Assembly: GCA_963668645.2 (NCBI GenBank)
Contig: CAXXWC010000013.1
Span: forward strand, 96,001 to 160,000
Direction of reading: 5' to 3'
DNA from: Desulfobacterales bacterium
GTDB taxonomy: Bacteria; Desulfobacterota; Desulfobacteria; Desulfobacterales; UBA2174
Length of the DNA: 64,000 bases
Shown here: positions 1-11,210 of the stretch, piece by piece
Layout of the letters: the number at the start of each line of letters is the position of its first letter
Numbering within the stretch: position 1 is the first letter of the stretch
The notes under the pieces: model-generated
What the model was told of the DNA's origin: nothing
Seen by the model: only the letters and a program-made list of their open reading frames with translations
Databases searched by the model: none
Made by a program: the position numbers and the translations under genes

Positions 1-154
1 TTTAATACTTCCGTTGCGGTAAGTTCGGGACTTCGCGTGGAACAAATCAACGCCCAAGATATGATCCGATCCTCGTCTATAATGACCGCTTTGCCGGTGG
101 CCGACCCCAAATCGCATCCACAAAAGTACATCCTGATCCCTTTCGCCGGGCAAA

Positions 155-1462
155 TTAAAGATAGGCAAGGCCGGTGGCCTCGAAGAAGTCGCTGATTTTC
201 CGTTTGAGTTGATCGATGGGCAGATATCGCTCATCAAAGAGGCTGACGTTCAAAAAGAGCACGGGGACGCCAAGATCCCTGCAAAGATCGCGGATGAAAT
301 GTGCTCCGGCCGAGACATCCTTATGCCCCATGTGTGCGGGGACAAAGACACAATTGCAGCTGTAGTCTTTGACTATCGTCTCGATATCTTCCAGGACCGT
401 ATCCACCGTGCCCCTTGCCTGACGGATCATGGGGACCTCATAAATAGCACGCTTGGCCAGGCCGCGGATCATCTTTTCGGGAGTGGAGGTGTCTACCGGT
501 TCATACGGGGTATAGCCTTGAAAGCTTTGCGCCACCACGGCTCCGTATTTCTCCGCCAGCCACGGTGCGAGCTGATCGCCCCACTGGGGGTCCAGATCCG
601 CCCAGAGTATCCGTATTTTTTCGTTGGGGACAGCGCCCTTGCCGGCTTTGACCATGGCTGCGGATCCGGCCACCAATCCGCGGAATATCTGCGTGATTTG
701 CGGGTCTCCCTGGGCGTGATGCTGGGTCAGGGCCCAGCCGGGAGTCGAGCCGCCGAAGGACGGTCCGGGGCAGGGGATAATCCGCTGCATCTGGCTGAAT
801 TCGTCCCAAAGCTCGTATTGTCTGTTGGTTTCTTCCACGATTTGCTTGAGAAGGTCATAGTCCAGCTTATAGCCGGGGAAGGTCTTTTCCAGAAAATCGA
901 TCATCCGATACAATTCGCCGGCGAAGTAATCCCAATCCTCATCCGTGTTTCCGTAAGGATAGTCGAGAAAGAAATACGGGATGTCGTCCCAGCCGTGCAT
1001 ACGGAAGGAATCGTGGAGCAAGGGCTGCGCATCGCAGGGCTCCATCATGCCGATGACGGCGCCGGGTTTTACAAGCAGGTTGTTGCGCTGCCCGTAGGTG
1101 CCGAGGCGAACCAGAGAGCAGATATCATCAGGCAGCGGGAGGGTGTCCATGGCGTAGAGGTCTTTTAGATCGGTAAAATATTCGTGCAGCAGGAGGTTGA
1201 AAACGATCCCTTCCGTATGGATACCCATGGCATGGGTGATCTCGTTTGCGTTGCCGTACCAGGATGTGACCATGGGCAGACCTTCGTTAAGGCACTTGAG
1301 GGTCCTGTGATCGGTTTGCAAAACGATACCGAGCAGAGCCTCGAGGCCCGGGTTCTGCTCCTCGGGGGGGGCATTATGAAGCTTATCTTTGATCGCGGTG
1401 ATGCGTGCGATATATTCCAACAGCCGTTCTTCGCCTTCTCTGTATTTTTTCTGCTCTTCCAT
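155..1462 (-). CDS. 2-hydroxyacyl-CoA dehydratase family subunit (HgdA/FldB/BcrB-like)
   Basis: Motifs DICSLVR, EPCD, FFLDYP, GDP...KIRILW; start moved to ATG 1462 behind AGGAGG RBS (upstream part of the track ORF overlaps the next gene). Confidence 0.85.
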   Translation of the reverse strand: MEEQKKYREGEERLLEYIARITAIKDKLHNAPPEEQNPGLEALLGIVLQTDHRTLKCLNEGLPMVTSWYGNANEITHAMGIHTEGIVFNLLLHEYFTDLKDLYAMDTLPLPDDICSLVRLGTYGQRNNLLVKPGAVIGMMEPCDAQPLLHDSFRMHGWDDIPYFFLDYPYGNTDEDWDYFAGELYRMIDFLEKTFPGYKLDYDLLKQIVEETNRQYELWDEFSQMQRIIPCPGPSFGGSTPGWALTQHHAQGDPQITQIFRGLVAGSAAMVKAGKGAVPNEKIRILWADLDPQWGDQLAPWLAEKYGAVVAQSFQGYTPYEPVDTSTPEKMIRGLAKRAIYEVPMIRQARGTVDTVLEDIETIVKDYSCNCVFVPAHMGHKDVSAGAHFIRDLCRDLGVPVLFLNVSLFDERYLPIDQLKRKISDFFEATGLAYL

Positions 1463-1475
1463 GATCGGCTCCTCC

Positions 1476-2612
1476 TTATAGTGTCTCAATAAAAGCTTGA
1501 GTGCGCGTCTTGATCTGGCCTGCATTATCCATAAGGTATTCCACGTCCAGCTTGAGCAACGGCATTCCGTTCTTTTTGCAATAGGCGTCGAAATCGTCTT
1601 GATCGAAGGCGAACATATCGCACATGGGCATTTTGACATGCACATAACCGTCAACGTTGCATTCTTCGCCGATTTTTTTGATTTCGGCAAAGCGCTCCAG
1701 TGATGTGCCGGCGGTGCGGGCATCCTGGGGGCGTATGTTGAGGCAGTAGTCCGCCAGATTGTAAACAGGATCGCCTTCGATGGGGACGTCCCGGATGAAG
1801 GAGCGGTTTCCGTCCCAGAGCATGTCGGTCACGAAGCAGGCTCCTTGGCCCTCGATGGTCTGCAGCAGGTAGGGATCGTCCAGCTCGCCACCGAGCAGCA
1901 TGAGACGCTTTTCGGCGGCAACGTCTTCGCTCTGTTCCAGTTCGGCAATGAACTTTTCCAGCAGTTCCTTGTATTCGGCCTTGGGCATGCTGAAGCCCGC
2001 CACGATGGCCGTCATGGCGTCCGCGCCCGTAAGTTTCGGAGCCGGGCCGCAGCGCAGTTCGTAAAGTCTGCGCTGCAATGCGCGCAACTCGTTTTGTAAG
2101 CCAATGGCCTGGCGCAGTTTCTCGTCGGTTATCGTCACATTGAAGCCTTGCTCTATCGCCGCTTTAAGGCGACCGAGGTGCAACGCATACCACTCTGTCT
2201 GTTCAGGTCCCTGTTTCTGCGGGACGGTGACAAAATGGAACCAGCGCCCGTCCTTGTCGATGAGTCTGGACCAGTTGTCGTAGGCCCGGCGGATGTGGTC
2301 GCAGGCATTGTATCCGACAACACCGTCAAGGAATTTATATGCGCCGCGGATGGCCAGATCGAGGTTGTAGCGGATATATACGCAGTTGATGGCCGCAACA
2401 TACGCATCCGCCAGATCTGTTCCGGTAGCCGTCGTGGCGCGCAGGCGGAACGGCATGATGCCGGCAGCGGTGAGCAGTTCTTCAGGAACCCCTTCGTAGT
2501 AATATCCGACGACCTTGCCACCTTGTTCTTTCCATGCCTGTATGTACGGGTTGTCAAGATTCTTTGCCACATCATGAAAGATATCGAGCGGAGATTTACT
2601 GTTCTTTAGCAT
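1476..2612 (-). CDS. 2-hydroxyacyl-CoA dehydratase family subunit (HgdB/FldC/BcrC-like)
   Basis: WKEQGGKVVG..VPEELLTAAG, NCVY, ACDHIRR, MCD, GQIKTRTQAFIE; ATG 2612 behind AGGAG. Confidence 0.88.
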   Translation of the reverse strand: MLKNSKSPLDIFHDVAKNLDNPYIQAWKEQGGKVVGYYYEGVPEELLTAAGIMPFRLRATTATGTDLADAYVAAINCVYIRYNLDLAIRGAYKFLDGVVGYNACDHIRRAYDNWSRLIDKDGRWFHFVTVPQKQGPEQTEWYALHLGRLKAAIEQGFNVTITDEKLRQAIGLQNELRALQRRLYELRCGPAPKLTGADAMTAIVAGFSMPKAEYKELLEKFIAELEQSEDVAAEKRLMLLGGELDDPYLLQTIEGQGACFVTDMLWDGNRSFIRDVPIEGDPVYNLADYCLNIRPQDARTAGTSLERFAEIKKIGEECNVDGYVHVKMPMCDMFAFDQDDFDAYCKKNGMPLLKLDVEYLMDNAGQIKTRTQAFIETL

Positions 2613-2699
2613 TGTTAACTCCTGTTTTTTCAAGTCAAAATCTTTGATTTTTCGTCTCCCGTTCCCATTTCTCCGTGAAAATTATTATAGAATCTGTAA

Positions 2700-2716
2700 A
2701 GCATATTTCATGCCGT
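2700..2716 (-). promoter_or_regulatory. sigma54 -24/-12 promoter of the dehydratase operon
   Basis: Minus strand CGGCAT-GAAAT-ATGCT (GG-N10-GC) about 90 nt upstream of the ATG, next to a divergent sigma54 activator. Confidence 0.6.
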
Positions 2717-2926
2717 TTTTGATTATCTCGGTAAAAACTAAATTATTGCGATAATCTATTGATTTGTTGGAATTATTTAGGGCGTAAAAGACAGAAAACC
2801 GGTATGGACAAGATACGTGTCAGGTGTTAAAATAATGTCAGTGTTAAAAATAGTGACACTTGAAGATGGCACCCTGGTTTCTCCGGTGCTTTGACTTTTA
2901 GCTGGCTGCAGCCACAGAGGCGGAAA

Positions 2927-5074
2927 ATGAATCAAGCCGAAGTCGATACAGCAAGAAAACTCGAAGCGATGCTTAAGGTCACCAAATCAATATGTGGCTA
3001 CCCTGAATTCGAAATCCTGCTTAAAAATCTCGACAAAAGCCTGCACGACCTCATAGAGTATGATATTATCAATCTTTTTACCTACAATGAAGCAACTGGC
3101 GATGGATTAATTTATTATCCGGGATTCATTTTCGAGGAAATATCGGAACACCCCAATGCTGTATTCAACTTTGCGGATGGACCGAGCTTTTGGGTCTGGA
3201 ATAACCAGAAACCTCTAATAAACTGTATTGAGGACTATGAAAGTGCGTACCCAAAAGTGCTGGTGTATCGCCGTAGAGAGGGAATCCAGACCTCCTGCGT
3301 GGTTCCCTTAACAACCACCCAGAAACGGGTCGGGACACTGGAATTTCTGAGCCGGAAAAGAGACGCGTTTGGCGATCAGAAAGAACTTGCCTTCATTCAA
3401 TTCGTTGCCAATCAAGTCGCCATAGTCGTGGACAACGCTATTATTTACCAGAAGATGAAGACGTCGGAAGAAAACCTTACCATCGAGCGACACCATCTGC
3501 AAACCTTGCTTGATGTGACGAATGCGGCATTTTCCCAGTACGATACAAAATCCCTGATCAGGGAGATATCCTTACAGGTTCACAGTGTTTTCGGGGCGGA
3601 GTTTTGCGGGCTGTGCCTGTATGATGCTGCCACCGGAGTGTTGTACTGGGAGGCGGTGCACCAAGTGAACAGGAAGTATGGCCTCAATGTCCGGCATACA
3701 CCGCTTCAAACAGGACCGGTGCTGGACCAATGCATTGCCGACAGGCGGCATTATAAGGTTGATGCGGCGATGATGGATATGATGTGCCGGCAAAGCGATC
3801 TTGCAGCCCTGCTTAGCAAAGAGGGGATCAGGTCTTTTTGCACGCTTCCGCTGTCGTTTCATTTGGAATCGCTTGGTCTGCTGATAGTCGGACACCAAAC
3901 CCGCGATGTTATTGAAGACGATTCCCTGCAACTGTTGACCGAAATTGCCAGACAGGTCTCCATGGCCATAAGTAATATCCAGGCCTATAGAAAGATAATG
4001 CAGCTTCAGAAGAAATTGAACTCGGAAAAACTATACCTGGAAGAAGAAATCAAGCTGCAATACAATTTTGGAGAAATAATCGGCCAAAGCAAAACCATGC
4101 ATTCGCTTTACCAGCAAATCGAGGCCGTTGCGGAAACCGATGCGACCGTGCTGATTCTTGGAGAAACCGGTACGGGCAAGGAGCTTATCGCCCGCGCCAT
4201 TCACGATTGCAGTTTTCGCAAAAAACGCACCCTGGTCAAAGTCAACTGCTCGGCCATTCCGGCCAACCTGTTTGAAAGCGATCTGTTCGGCCATGAAAAA
4301 GGGGCCTTCACAGGAGCGATCCAACAAAAAATCGGCCGTTTTGAAATGGCGCACCTCGGAACCCTCTTTCTCGATGAAGTTGGCGATATTCCCCTGGACT
4401 CGCAACCAAAGCTGTTGCGGGCCTTGCAGGAACAGGAGTTTGAGCGCCTTGGGGGGACGCGTCCACTTCATGTCGACGTGCGCATAATCGCTGCCACCAA
4501 CAATAATTTACTGAATATGGTCGCCGAAGGGAATTTTCGAAGTGACCTTTATTACCGGCTGAACGTTTTTCCCATCAAAGTGCCGCCTCTCCGGGAAAGA
4601 AAAAATGATATCCCGATGCTGGTCTATTATTTTATCGAAAAGTATGCGCGGAAATTGAGGCGGGATATCAAAAGCATTCCCGATGAAATCATGGAAAGCC
4701 TCATGCAGATGCCATGGCCCGGAAACGTGCGTGAACTGGAGCACGTTATCGAACGTGCCGTGGTTATTTCCAAAGGGCCGATGCTGCAGATGCCGCAGGA
4801 CGTCTTGACCAATTATTTTCCCGTCGCCAACCAGGAAATGCCGCTTAGGACGATGTTTGTAACCAATGTAGCGCCTTCTTCTGCCCAGAAAGGCGCAACC
4901 CTGCACGATACCGAACGGCGGCATATCTTAAATATCCTGAATGAATGTAACGGCGTCATCGGCGGGGCCAACGGTGCTGCGGCCCGGTTAGGATTAAAAA
5001 GGACGACGCTGCACGCCAAAATGAAGCGGTTGGGCATTATTCGTAACCAGACGCAATTTTGCGCCAGTTCGTGA
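2927..5074 (+). CDS. GAF-GAF-AAA+-HTH sigma54-dependent activator (FhlA-like)
   Basis: [39 protein letters not shown]-terminal [16 protein letters not shown], two N-terminal GAF-like regions. Confidence 0.92.
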   Translation: MNQAEVDTARKLEAMLKVTKSICGYPEFEILLKNLDKSLHDLIEYDIINLFTYNEATGDGLIYYPGFIFEEISEHPNAVFNFADGPSFWVWNNQKPLINCIEDYESAYPKVLVYRRREGIQTSCVVPLTTTQKRVGTLEFLSRKRDAFGDQKELAFIQFVANQVAIVVDNAIIYQKMKTSEENLTIERHHLQTLLDVTNAAFSQYDTKSLIREISLQVHSVFGAEFCGLCLYDAATGVLYWEAVHQVNRKYGLNVRHTPLQTGPVLDQCIADRRHYKVDAAMMDMMCRQSDLAALLSKEGIRSFCTLPLSFHLESLGLLIVGHQTRDVIEDDSLQLLTEIARQVSMAISNIQAYRKIMQLQKKLNSEKLYLEEEIKLQYNFGEIIGQSKTMHSLYQQIEAVAETDATVLILGETGTGKELIARAIHDCSFRKKRTLVKVNCSAIPANLFESDLFGHEKGAFTGAIQQKIGRFEMAHLGTLFLDEVGDIPLDSQPKLLRALQEQEFERLGGTRPLHVDVRIIAATNNNLLNMVAEGNFRSDLYYRLNVFPIKVPPLRERKNDIPMLVYYFIEKYARKLRRDIKSIPDEIMESLMQMPWPGNVRELEHVIERAVVISKGPMLQMPQDVLTNYFPVANQEMPLRTMFVTNVAPSSAQKGATLHDTERRHILNILNECNGVIGGANGAAARLGLKRTTLHAKMKRLGIIRNQTQFCASS

Positions 5075-5510
5075 AAACTGCCGAGACAGGGTGCGGGTGC
5101 TGTAGTTTTCCTAGAAATGGAATGCTGGTCACCTCCAAAAACCGGATCACCATGCCCAACAAGATCAGGGCCCGAGTGCGCCGGGGCATCCACTTCAGCT
5201 TGCAGATCAATGACGAAATCGTGGTAATGGAGCCGGTGGTGCAGCAAACCGGCCGGATCCGGCTTTATGCATCAGTGCTCCTTGCGGCCGAATACCTTCG
5301 CGTGGGGACCTATCTTCCAAATCCCATATGGGCGTGTCACTTTCATGCCTGATCCCTTTCAACTGGTATCCCGCAAAATATGAGTGTCGGCCTATGATAA
5401 TTCTATTATCCAACTTATATTTACATCATAAAGCATATTATTCATGTTGAACAAATTTATATCTTCGACGCTTCCAATCAATCGGTTCGAATTTAATGGC
5501 GAGATTTTAA

Positions 5511-6716
5511 ATGAAGCTTACCGCTGAGGAAAAAGAAATACTTGATGGCTCTGAAGGCGGAGGGGCCGCCCTGGCCATGGAGATTTTGGTCGGTATTGGA
5601 GAGGCTTTAGACGCCCCCCGCTTGGTTCCCATATCGCGTGCACATGTTGCACTGAGCAATCAGGAAGCCGACCTATGGTTTGCCGAAAAACTGGCTGATG
5701 CAGGGAGCCGGTGCAATGTCCCACCGACGGTGAACCCCGGATTCTGCCTTAAATATTTTACCGCTAACGGTATGGTTTCGGATGCGGATGCGCAATTGAT
5801 GGCGCGTACAACCAGCGCCTATACACGGCTTGGCGCCAGAATGAATTTCAGCTGCACGCCGTACCTGTTCGATAATATTCCCCGCCAGGGAGAAATAATT
5901 TCTTTTTCAGAGTCCAGTGCCACGCCCTACGTGAATTCCGTTTGGGGCGCCAGGTCAAACCGTGAATCGGCCCAGTCCGCACTTTGCGCTGCGGTTATCG
6001 GAAAGGTTCCCGAATACGGGCTTCTTTGGACAAAAAACAGAAGAGCAACGGCCAGGATCGTGGTCGACGCCGATTTGAGTGATGATTTTGCGTATCAACA
6101 ACTCGGTTGGGCCATTCCCTCCAAAATCGGTTACCGGATCCCGGTTTTTGAAGGCATTCCGGCCAATGTCAGCATGGAAGGCTTGATGAACCTCGGCGCA
6201 CAGCTCAATACGGCCGGAGCCGTTCCCATGTATCACATTGTTGGCGTAACGCCGGAAGCCGCCACAACCGAAGCCGCATTGCAGGGAGATCTTCCCGAGA
6301 TCGAAATCAGGATCACCCAACGTGACCTCGATGCGCAGATCGAAAAATTCTCCGATGAACCCGGTCCCATCGATTTTGTCATGTTTGGTTGTCCGCACCA
6401 CACCATCCGCCAGGTTCAGCAGGTGGCCGAAATGGTTGCAGGGCAATTACTAAAAGCGGAGTTGTGGATATTGACCTCGAGTTACACCTATGAGATGGCC
6501 TTGCGAATGGGACTGGCAACAATAATCGAAAAGGCCGGGGGCCACATTGTTCCCGATACTTGTCCGGACCAGCCCTGCTGGGGACACTTGAAGGGCCGCA
6601 AGGGTGCCACCGATTCACCCAAATGCGCCTATTATCCGAAGCGCCGGGGCATCCGGTTTGTCGTCCGGGACATGCGGACCTGTGTTGGTGCGGCGCTGAA
6701 AGGATCCATAGAATAA
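5511..6716 (+). CDS. aconitase X catalytic (large) subunit, DUF521
   Basis: MKLT.EEK.IL.G..G, SCTPY, SESSA..Y.NSV.GARSNRE, GCPH, DTC, TDSPKCAYY. Confidence 0.88.
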   Translation: MKLTAEEKEILDGSEGGGAALAMEILVGIGEALDAPRLVPISRAHVALSNQEADLWFAEKLADAGSRCNVPPTVNPGFCLKYFTANGMVSDADAQLMARTTSAYTRLGARMNFSCTPYLFDNIPRQGEIISFSESSATPYVNSVWGARSNRESAQSALCAAVIGKVPEYGLLWTKNRRATARIVVDADLSDDFAYQQLGWAIPSKIGYRIPVFEGIPANVSMEGLMNLGAQLNTAGAVPMYHIVGVTPEAATTEAALQGDLPEIEIRITQRDLDAQIEKFSDEPGPIDFVMFGCPHHTIRQVQQVAEMVAGQLLKAELWILTSSYTYEMALRMGLATIIEKAGGHIVPDTCPDQPCWGHLKGRKGATDSPKCAYYPKRRGIRFVVRDMRTCVGAALKGSIE

Positions 6717-6717
6717 G

Positions 6718-7149
6718 ATGAGAGCCAAAGTTTTTGACTGCCACAAAATATCACAAGGGCATGCAATAGGAAAAGTCCTTGTTTCTAAAGACGATATCTG
6801 TTTTTACATGGTCGACCCGGAAACCGGAATCGTGATCGAGAAAGGCCACGCGCTTGAAGGGCGGTCCGTGGCGGACAAAGTGCTCGTATTCCCGACGGGA
6901 AAGGGCAGCTCCGTTGTCCAGGCCGATGGCCTCTACCAGTTGCAGCTGCGCAATAACGCACCCAAAGCGATGATCATTCAATATGCGGATACGGTTTTGG
7001 TGGCCTCGGCCATCGTTATCGGTATCCCCATGGTAAACAAACTGCCGGAAGCGTTTTACCGGGAGCTTGAAGCCGACTGCTTGGTGGAAATCGATGCGGA
7101 TGCCAATAGGGTTACGATAAAAGCAAGTTCCTGCGGCGAATGCAGCTAA
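6718..7149 (+). CDS. aconitase X swivel (small) subunit, DUF126
   Basis: VDPETGIVIE.GH.LEG.SV..KVLVFPTGKGSSV; directly follows the large subunit. Confidence 0.88.
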   Translation: MRAKVFDCHKISQGHAIGKVLVSKDDICFYMVDPETGIVIEKGHALEGRSVADKVLVFPTGKGSSVVQADGLYQLQLRNNAPKAMIIQYADTVLVASAIVIGIPMVNKLPEAFYRELEADCLVEIDADANRVTIKASSCGECS

Positions 7150-7232
7150 ACTTTCTCAATTCGATTTCAATTTTCCATCTAGACGGTTGGAAATTCCAAA
7201 CTGGTGCAAGGCACCCGAGCACAGGAGGAAAA

Positions 7233-8453
7233 ATGCGCAGATTAATCGGAGTCGGTATTCTTGTTGTAGCGCTGGCATTGGGATCAACGGCATGGGCCAC
7301 GGACACTTGGCGAATCGGTGTCATTCTCCCCACAACCGGTGCCCTCTCTAAAAACGGCATGAAAAATCTTGCCGGTGTCAAGATCGCCACGGAAATGATC
7401 AATGATGCCGGCGGGGTCCTTGGCAAAAAAGTGGAGTTGATCAGTGCCGATGCACCTGACCCCCAGGCTGCCGCCAGTGAAGCCAATCGTTTGATCAACA
7501 ACGAAAACATCACCTGTATTATCGGCACCCAGGCCTCTTCGCTGTCCATGGCCGCCACGGTGGTCGCGGAAAAAAACAAGATTTTTTATCTGGAAAACGA
7601 GGGCGTGTCCGGGTTGATTACGGCCCGGGGCTTTAAATATTTAGTGCGGACCACCTTTTCCGGAAGCATGATGGCGGCCCAGATGGTGGATTACACGGCC
7701 AATGTGCTGGCCCCCAAAAAACTTGGCAAAAAAGCCAAGGACCTGCGTCTGGCCATCATCCACGAGGACGGCGGTTTCGGCACCTCCTCGGCCAAAGGGC
7801 TGGAAAAGCGGGCCAAAGAGTTGGGATTGAATGTTGTCTATGTCGAGTCTTATTCCGCCAAGACGGCCGATCTCTCGGGCCTGATTCTCAAGCTGAAACA
7901 GAAAAAACCGGATGTGGTCCTGGCGGCTCAATACATCAATGATTCTATCTTGTTTCACCGCCAGGCCAGGGAATACCGGTTTCACCCCATCGTTTTGGGG
8001 ACCACCGCGGGTCAGGGAAATCCCGACTTTTTCAAGGCCCTCGGCGAGGATGCCAACGGCGTATTGGCCGGTGGCATTCCCTCGGAGATATCCACCAAGG
8101 GGCTTGGCGCCGATCAGAAAAGCGACGCCGATGAGTTCGTGCTCCGCTACCAGAAAACCCACAAGGGCGAGTACCCCAACCCCACCTCATTCGTCGGCTT
8201 TGCCGGGGCCTGGATTCTTTATAAACACATCTTGCCGAAAGCCGGCAGCCTGGACCCGGAAAAACTACGTGAGGCGGCGGCTAGCCTGGATGTGAAACCC
8301 GGCGAAGGCGTTTTGAACTGGGGGATCAAATTTTCATCCGAAGCTAAGGATATGGGGCAGAATATCTACTCTTCGGCGGGTATCAACCAGTGGCAAGATG
8401 GCAAGATTCATCTCGTCTATCCCATCGAGGTCGCCTCGTCGGAACTGCAGTAA
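7233..8453 (+). CDS. LIV-type ABC transporter substrate-binding protein
   Basis: Signal peptide, IGVILPTTG..EMINDAGGVLGKKVEL; ATG 7233 after AGGAGG. Confidence 0.9.
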   Translation: MRRLIGVGILVVALALGSTAWATDTWRIGVILPTTGALSKNGMKNLAGVKIATEMINDAGGVLGKKVELISADAPDPQAAASEANRLINNENITCIIGTQASSLSMAATVVAEKNKIFYLENEGVSGLITARGFKYLVRTTFSGSMMAAQMVDYTANVLAPKKLGKKAKDLRLAIIHEDGGFGTSSAKGLEKRAKELGLNVVYVESYSAKTADLSGLILKLKQKKPDVVLAAQYINDSILFHRQAREYRFHPIVLGTTAGQGNPDFFKALGEDANGVLAGGIPSEISTKGLGADQKSDADEFVLRYQKTHKGEYPNPTSFVGFAGAWILYKHILPKAGSLDPEKLREAAASLDVKPGEGVLNWGIKFSSEAKDMGQNIYSSAGINQWQDGKIHLVYPIEVASSELQ

Positions 8454-8562
8454 CCTCGCTTGCCGGCATTTAAACGAAAAAGACGCTAAGGCACCGTGAA
8501 GTAAAGAAATTAACTTCCGGCTGCCTTGGCGTCTTGACGCAGGGTTTGCAAAGAAGTGTAAA

Positions 8563-9498
8563 ATGGATCTGACGATTTTCATACAATTGCTTATATCGGG
8601 GATCTTGTTGGGAGGCATCTATGCGCTTTCCTCCATCGGGTTGACTTTGATTTTCGGGGTGATGAAGATCGTCAACTTCGCTCATGGTGAATACTTGATG
8701 CTGGCCATGTACGCTACTTTCTGGCTTTTTACGCTGACCGGCCTCGATCCCTACTTGTCCATTTTTGTCGCAGGACCGATCCTGTTTGTGCTCGGCTGGA
8801 TTACGTATCGCTTTTTTGTCCGCCAGACCATCGGTCGATCCCACTTGGCCCAGATATTTGTAACCGTGGGGATCTCCACGGTGATACAAAATGCGGCCCT
8901 TCTTTTCTGGTCGGCCGATTTTCGGACCGTCAGCCTCGATTACGCCAAGGCTCCCATTATCATCGGCCCCTTTCCGGCTCTGGGCGTGGAAGAGTTAATC
9001 ATCAATCCGGCCAGGTTGATCGCTTTTGTTCTGGGCATAGCACTTGCCTTGGTTTTCTACCTGTTTATCCAAAAGAGTTATACCGGCAAGGTGATTCGTG
9101 CCACGGCCCAGGACCGTTCCACGGCGCTTTTAATGGGAGTCAATATCGACCGGGTGTTCATGCTGACATTCGCTATCGGTCTTTTGCTCGTGGGGGTGGC
9201 CGGGGCGCTGATGACGCCAATCTTTACGATCCATCCTTTTGTGGGCTTTGAGTTCGTGCTGGTCATGTTCGTGGTGGTGGTCCTGGGGGGAATGGGTAGC
9301 ATCACCGGAGCCATGATTGCCGGTATTTTTATCGGTGTTTTGGAAGTGTTCTCCAGTTACCTGATCAGTCCTGATTCCAAACAGGCGGTTTACTTTCTGG
9401 TATTTATAGCCGTATTGGTGGTCAAACCTTCGGGGCTGTTCGGGGTGAAGGGAGAAGAGGAGCTTGAGCGCATTGAAACGATTGACTTCAGTGAATGA
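8563..9498 (+). CDS. LIV-type ABC permease (LivH-like)
   Basis: GLTLIFGVMKIVNFAHGE, VVLGGMGSI. Confidence 0.9.
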   Translation: MDLTIFIQLLISGILLGGIYALSSIGLTLIFGVMKIVNFAHGEYLMLAMYATFWLFTLTGLDPYLSIFVAGPILFVLGWITYRFFVRQTIGRSHLAQIFVTVGISTVIQNAALLFWSADFRTVSLDYAKAPIIIGPFPALGVEELIINPARLIAFVLGIALALVFYLFIQKSYTGKVIRATAQDRSTALLMGVNIDRVFMLTFAIGLLLVGVAGALMTPIFTIHPFVGFEFVLVMFVVVVLGGMGSITGAMIAGIFIGVLEVFSSYLISPDSKQAVYFLVFIAVLVVKPSGLFGVKGEEELERIETIDFSE

Positions 9499-10492
9499 TT
9501 TGCACTGGGTTTGGGTCGGGGCTGCCCTGGCGGCAATGACCTTGTGCCCATTGTTCATCAAAAATAATTTTTATCTGGACGGGTTTATTTTGGTCTTCAT
9601 GTGGGCCGCTTATGCCGGGGCCTGGAATATTCTCAGCGGATATGCCGGCATGACTTCGTTGGGACATAATGCCTTTTTTGGCATCGGTGCCTATACGTCT
9701 ACCCTCCTTTTTCTTCATTTCGGTTTGACACCCTGGTTGGGCATGTTGGCCGGTGGCCTGTTGGCCATGATTGTCGGCCTGCTGGTGGGGGTGATCTGCT
9801 TTCGCCTGCGGTCTCATTATTTTGCCTTGGCCACATTGGCTTTTGGTGAAGTCTGTTCGATTTTCGCCTTGAGCTGGCGTTCCCTTACCGGTGGTGCCGA
9901 GGGGTTGGCTTTGCCGATACAACCCAGCTTTCTAAATTACTCTTTTGACTCAAAGCTCCCTTATGTCTACATTTCATTGATCCTCTGCGTGGTGGTCACC
10001 GCCATTACCTACTACATCGAGAACTCCAAGCTGGGCTATTATCTCACCGCATTCAAAGGAAACGAAGATGCGGCCCGTGCCCTGGGCGTCAATACCGGCC
10101 GGGTGCGCCTGATCGCCATGGCGCTGAGTTCTTTTCTTTCCGCCGTTATCGGCACGTTTTACGCCCAATATGTGGTCTACATCGATCCTTCCAGTGTAAT
10201 CCGCCTGCCCTTGTCGGTCCAGGTGGCGCTGTTCGCTATCGTGGGTGGGGTGGGCACGGTCTTCGGCCCTTTTATCGGTGCGGTGATTTTTATCCCTATT
10301 ACCATCGCTCTCAGGGCCTGGCTGGGAACGTCCATTCCCGGGCTTTACATGATCATTTACGGCGTGATCCTCGTCGCCATTATGCTGTACATGCCCGATG
10401 GCATTTACGGTACTTTGAAAAAGCGCCGTGCCTCCAGAAATTACCGAGACGGTATCGGTTCGATTCAAGCGGAGGGAGGTGGCCATGCTTGA
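9464..10492 (+). CDS. LIV-type ABC permease (LivM-like)
   Basis: WNILSGYAG.TSLGHNAFFGIGAY, YFALATLAFGE, TGGAEG. Confidence 0.9.
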   Translation: MSALKRLTSVNDLHWVWVGAALAAMTLCPLFIKNNFYLDGFILVFMWAAYAGAWNILSGYAGMTSLGHNAFFGIGAYTSTLLFLHFGLTPWLGMLAGGLLAMIVGLLVGVICFRLRSHYFALATLAFGEVCSIFALSWRSLTGGAEGLALPIQPSFLNYSFDSKLPYVYISLILCVVVTAITYYIENSKLGYYLTAFKGNEDAARALGVNTGRVRLIAMALSSFLSAVIGTFYAQYVVYIDPSSVIRLPLSVQVALFAIVGGVGTVFGPFIGAVIFIPITIALRAWLGTSIPGLYMIIYGVILVAIMLYMPDGIYGTLKKRRASRNYRDGIGSIQAEGGGHA

Positions 10493-11210
10493 AGTGCGGG
10501 ATATCAGCAAATGGTTTGGCGGCAATATCGTGCTCAGCGATGTCAGTTTCGATATCAACCCGGGTGAAATCGTGGGGCTGATCGGACCCAACGGCGCTGG
10601 CAAGACAACTTTGTTTAATGTGATTTCGGGTGTTTATCGATCCCGTACCGGACATGTCAAATTCAATGGCCGGGCCATCGATCGCCTAGCGCCCGAACAG
10701 GTGTGCAAACGCGGCTTATGCCGTACCTTCCAGACGACCAAGCCCTTCGGCGATATCACCGTTACCCAGAATGTGATGGTGGGCGCTTTGAACCGGACCG
10801 GCAGCCTCAAAACCGCCCGCAAGAAAGCCTTGGAGATTTTGGAATTCGTCGGGCTGGAAAAGAAACGCGACGCGTTGGGACGATCGTTGACCATCGCCGA
10901 TCGCAAGCGCCTGGAAATTGCCCGGGGACTGGCCACCCAACCCCAACTTTTGTTGTTGGACGAAGTGATGGCCGGGCTCAATCCCCAGGAATTGTCGGAA
11001 GTCAAAACCCTGATTGAAAACGTTCGCGATTCCGGGGTCACCTTGTTTGTCATCGAGCACATCATGGGCGTGATGATGTCCATTTCGGACCGCATCATTG
11101 TCTTAGACTACGGGAAGATGTTGTGCCAAGGGACTCCCGAGTCGATTTCCTGCGATCCCGATGTGATCAAAGCTTATCTGGGAGAAGAATATCTTGCTGT
11201 TAACGGTTGA
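10485..11210 (+). CDS. LIV-type ABC ATPase (LivG-like)
   Basis: GPNGAGKTT, LLLLDEVMAGLN, VIKAYLG; ATG 10485 after GGAGG. Confidence 0.92.
   Translation: MLEVRDISKWFGGNIVLSDVSFDINPGEIVGLIGPNGAGKTTLFNVISGVYRSRTGHVKFNGRAIDRLAPEQVCKRGLCRTFQTTKPFGDITVTQNVMVGALNRTGSLKTARKKALEILEFVGLEKKRDALGRSLTIADRKRLEIARGLATQPQLLLLDEVMAGLNPQELSEVKTLIENVRDSGVTLFVIEHIMGVMMSISDRIIVLDYGKMLCQGTPESISCDPDVIKAYLGEEYLAVNG

Noticed and set aside
5075..5420. Short ORFs between the activator and aconitase X
   Set aside because: No recognisable family; possibly a gene remnant
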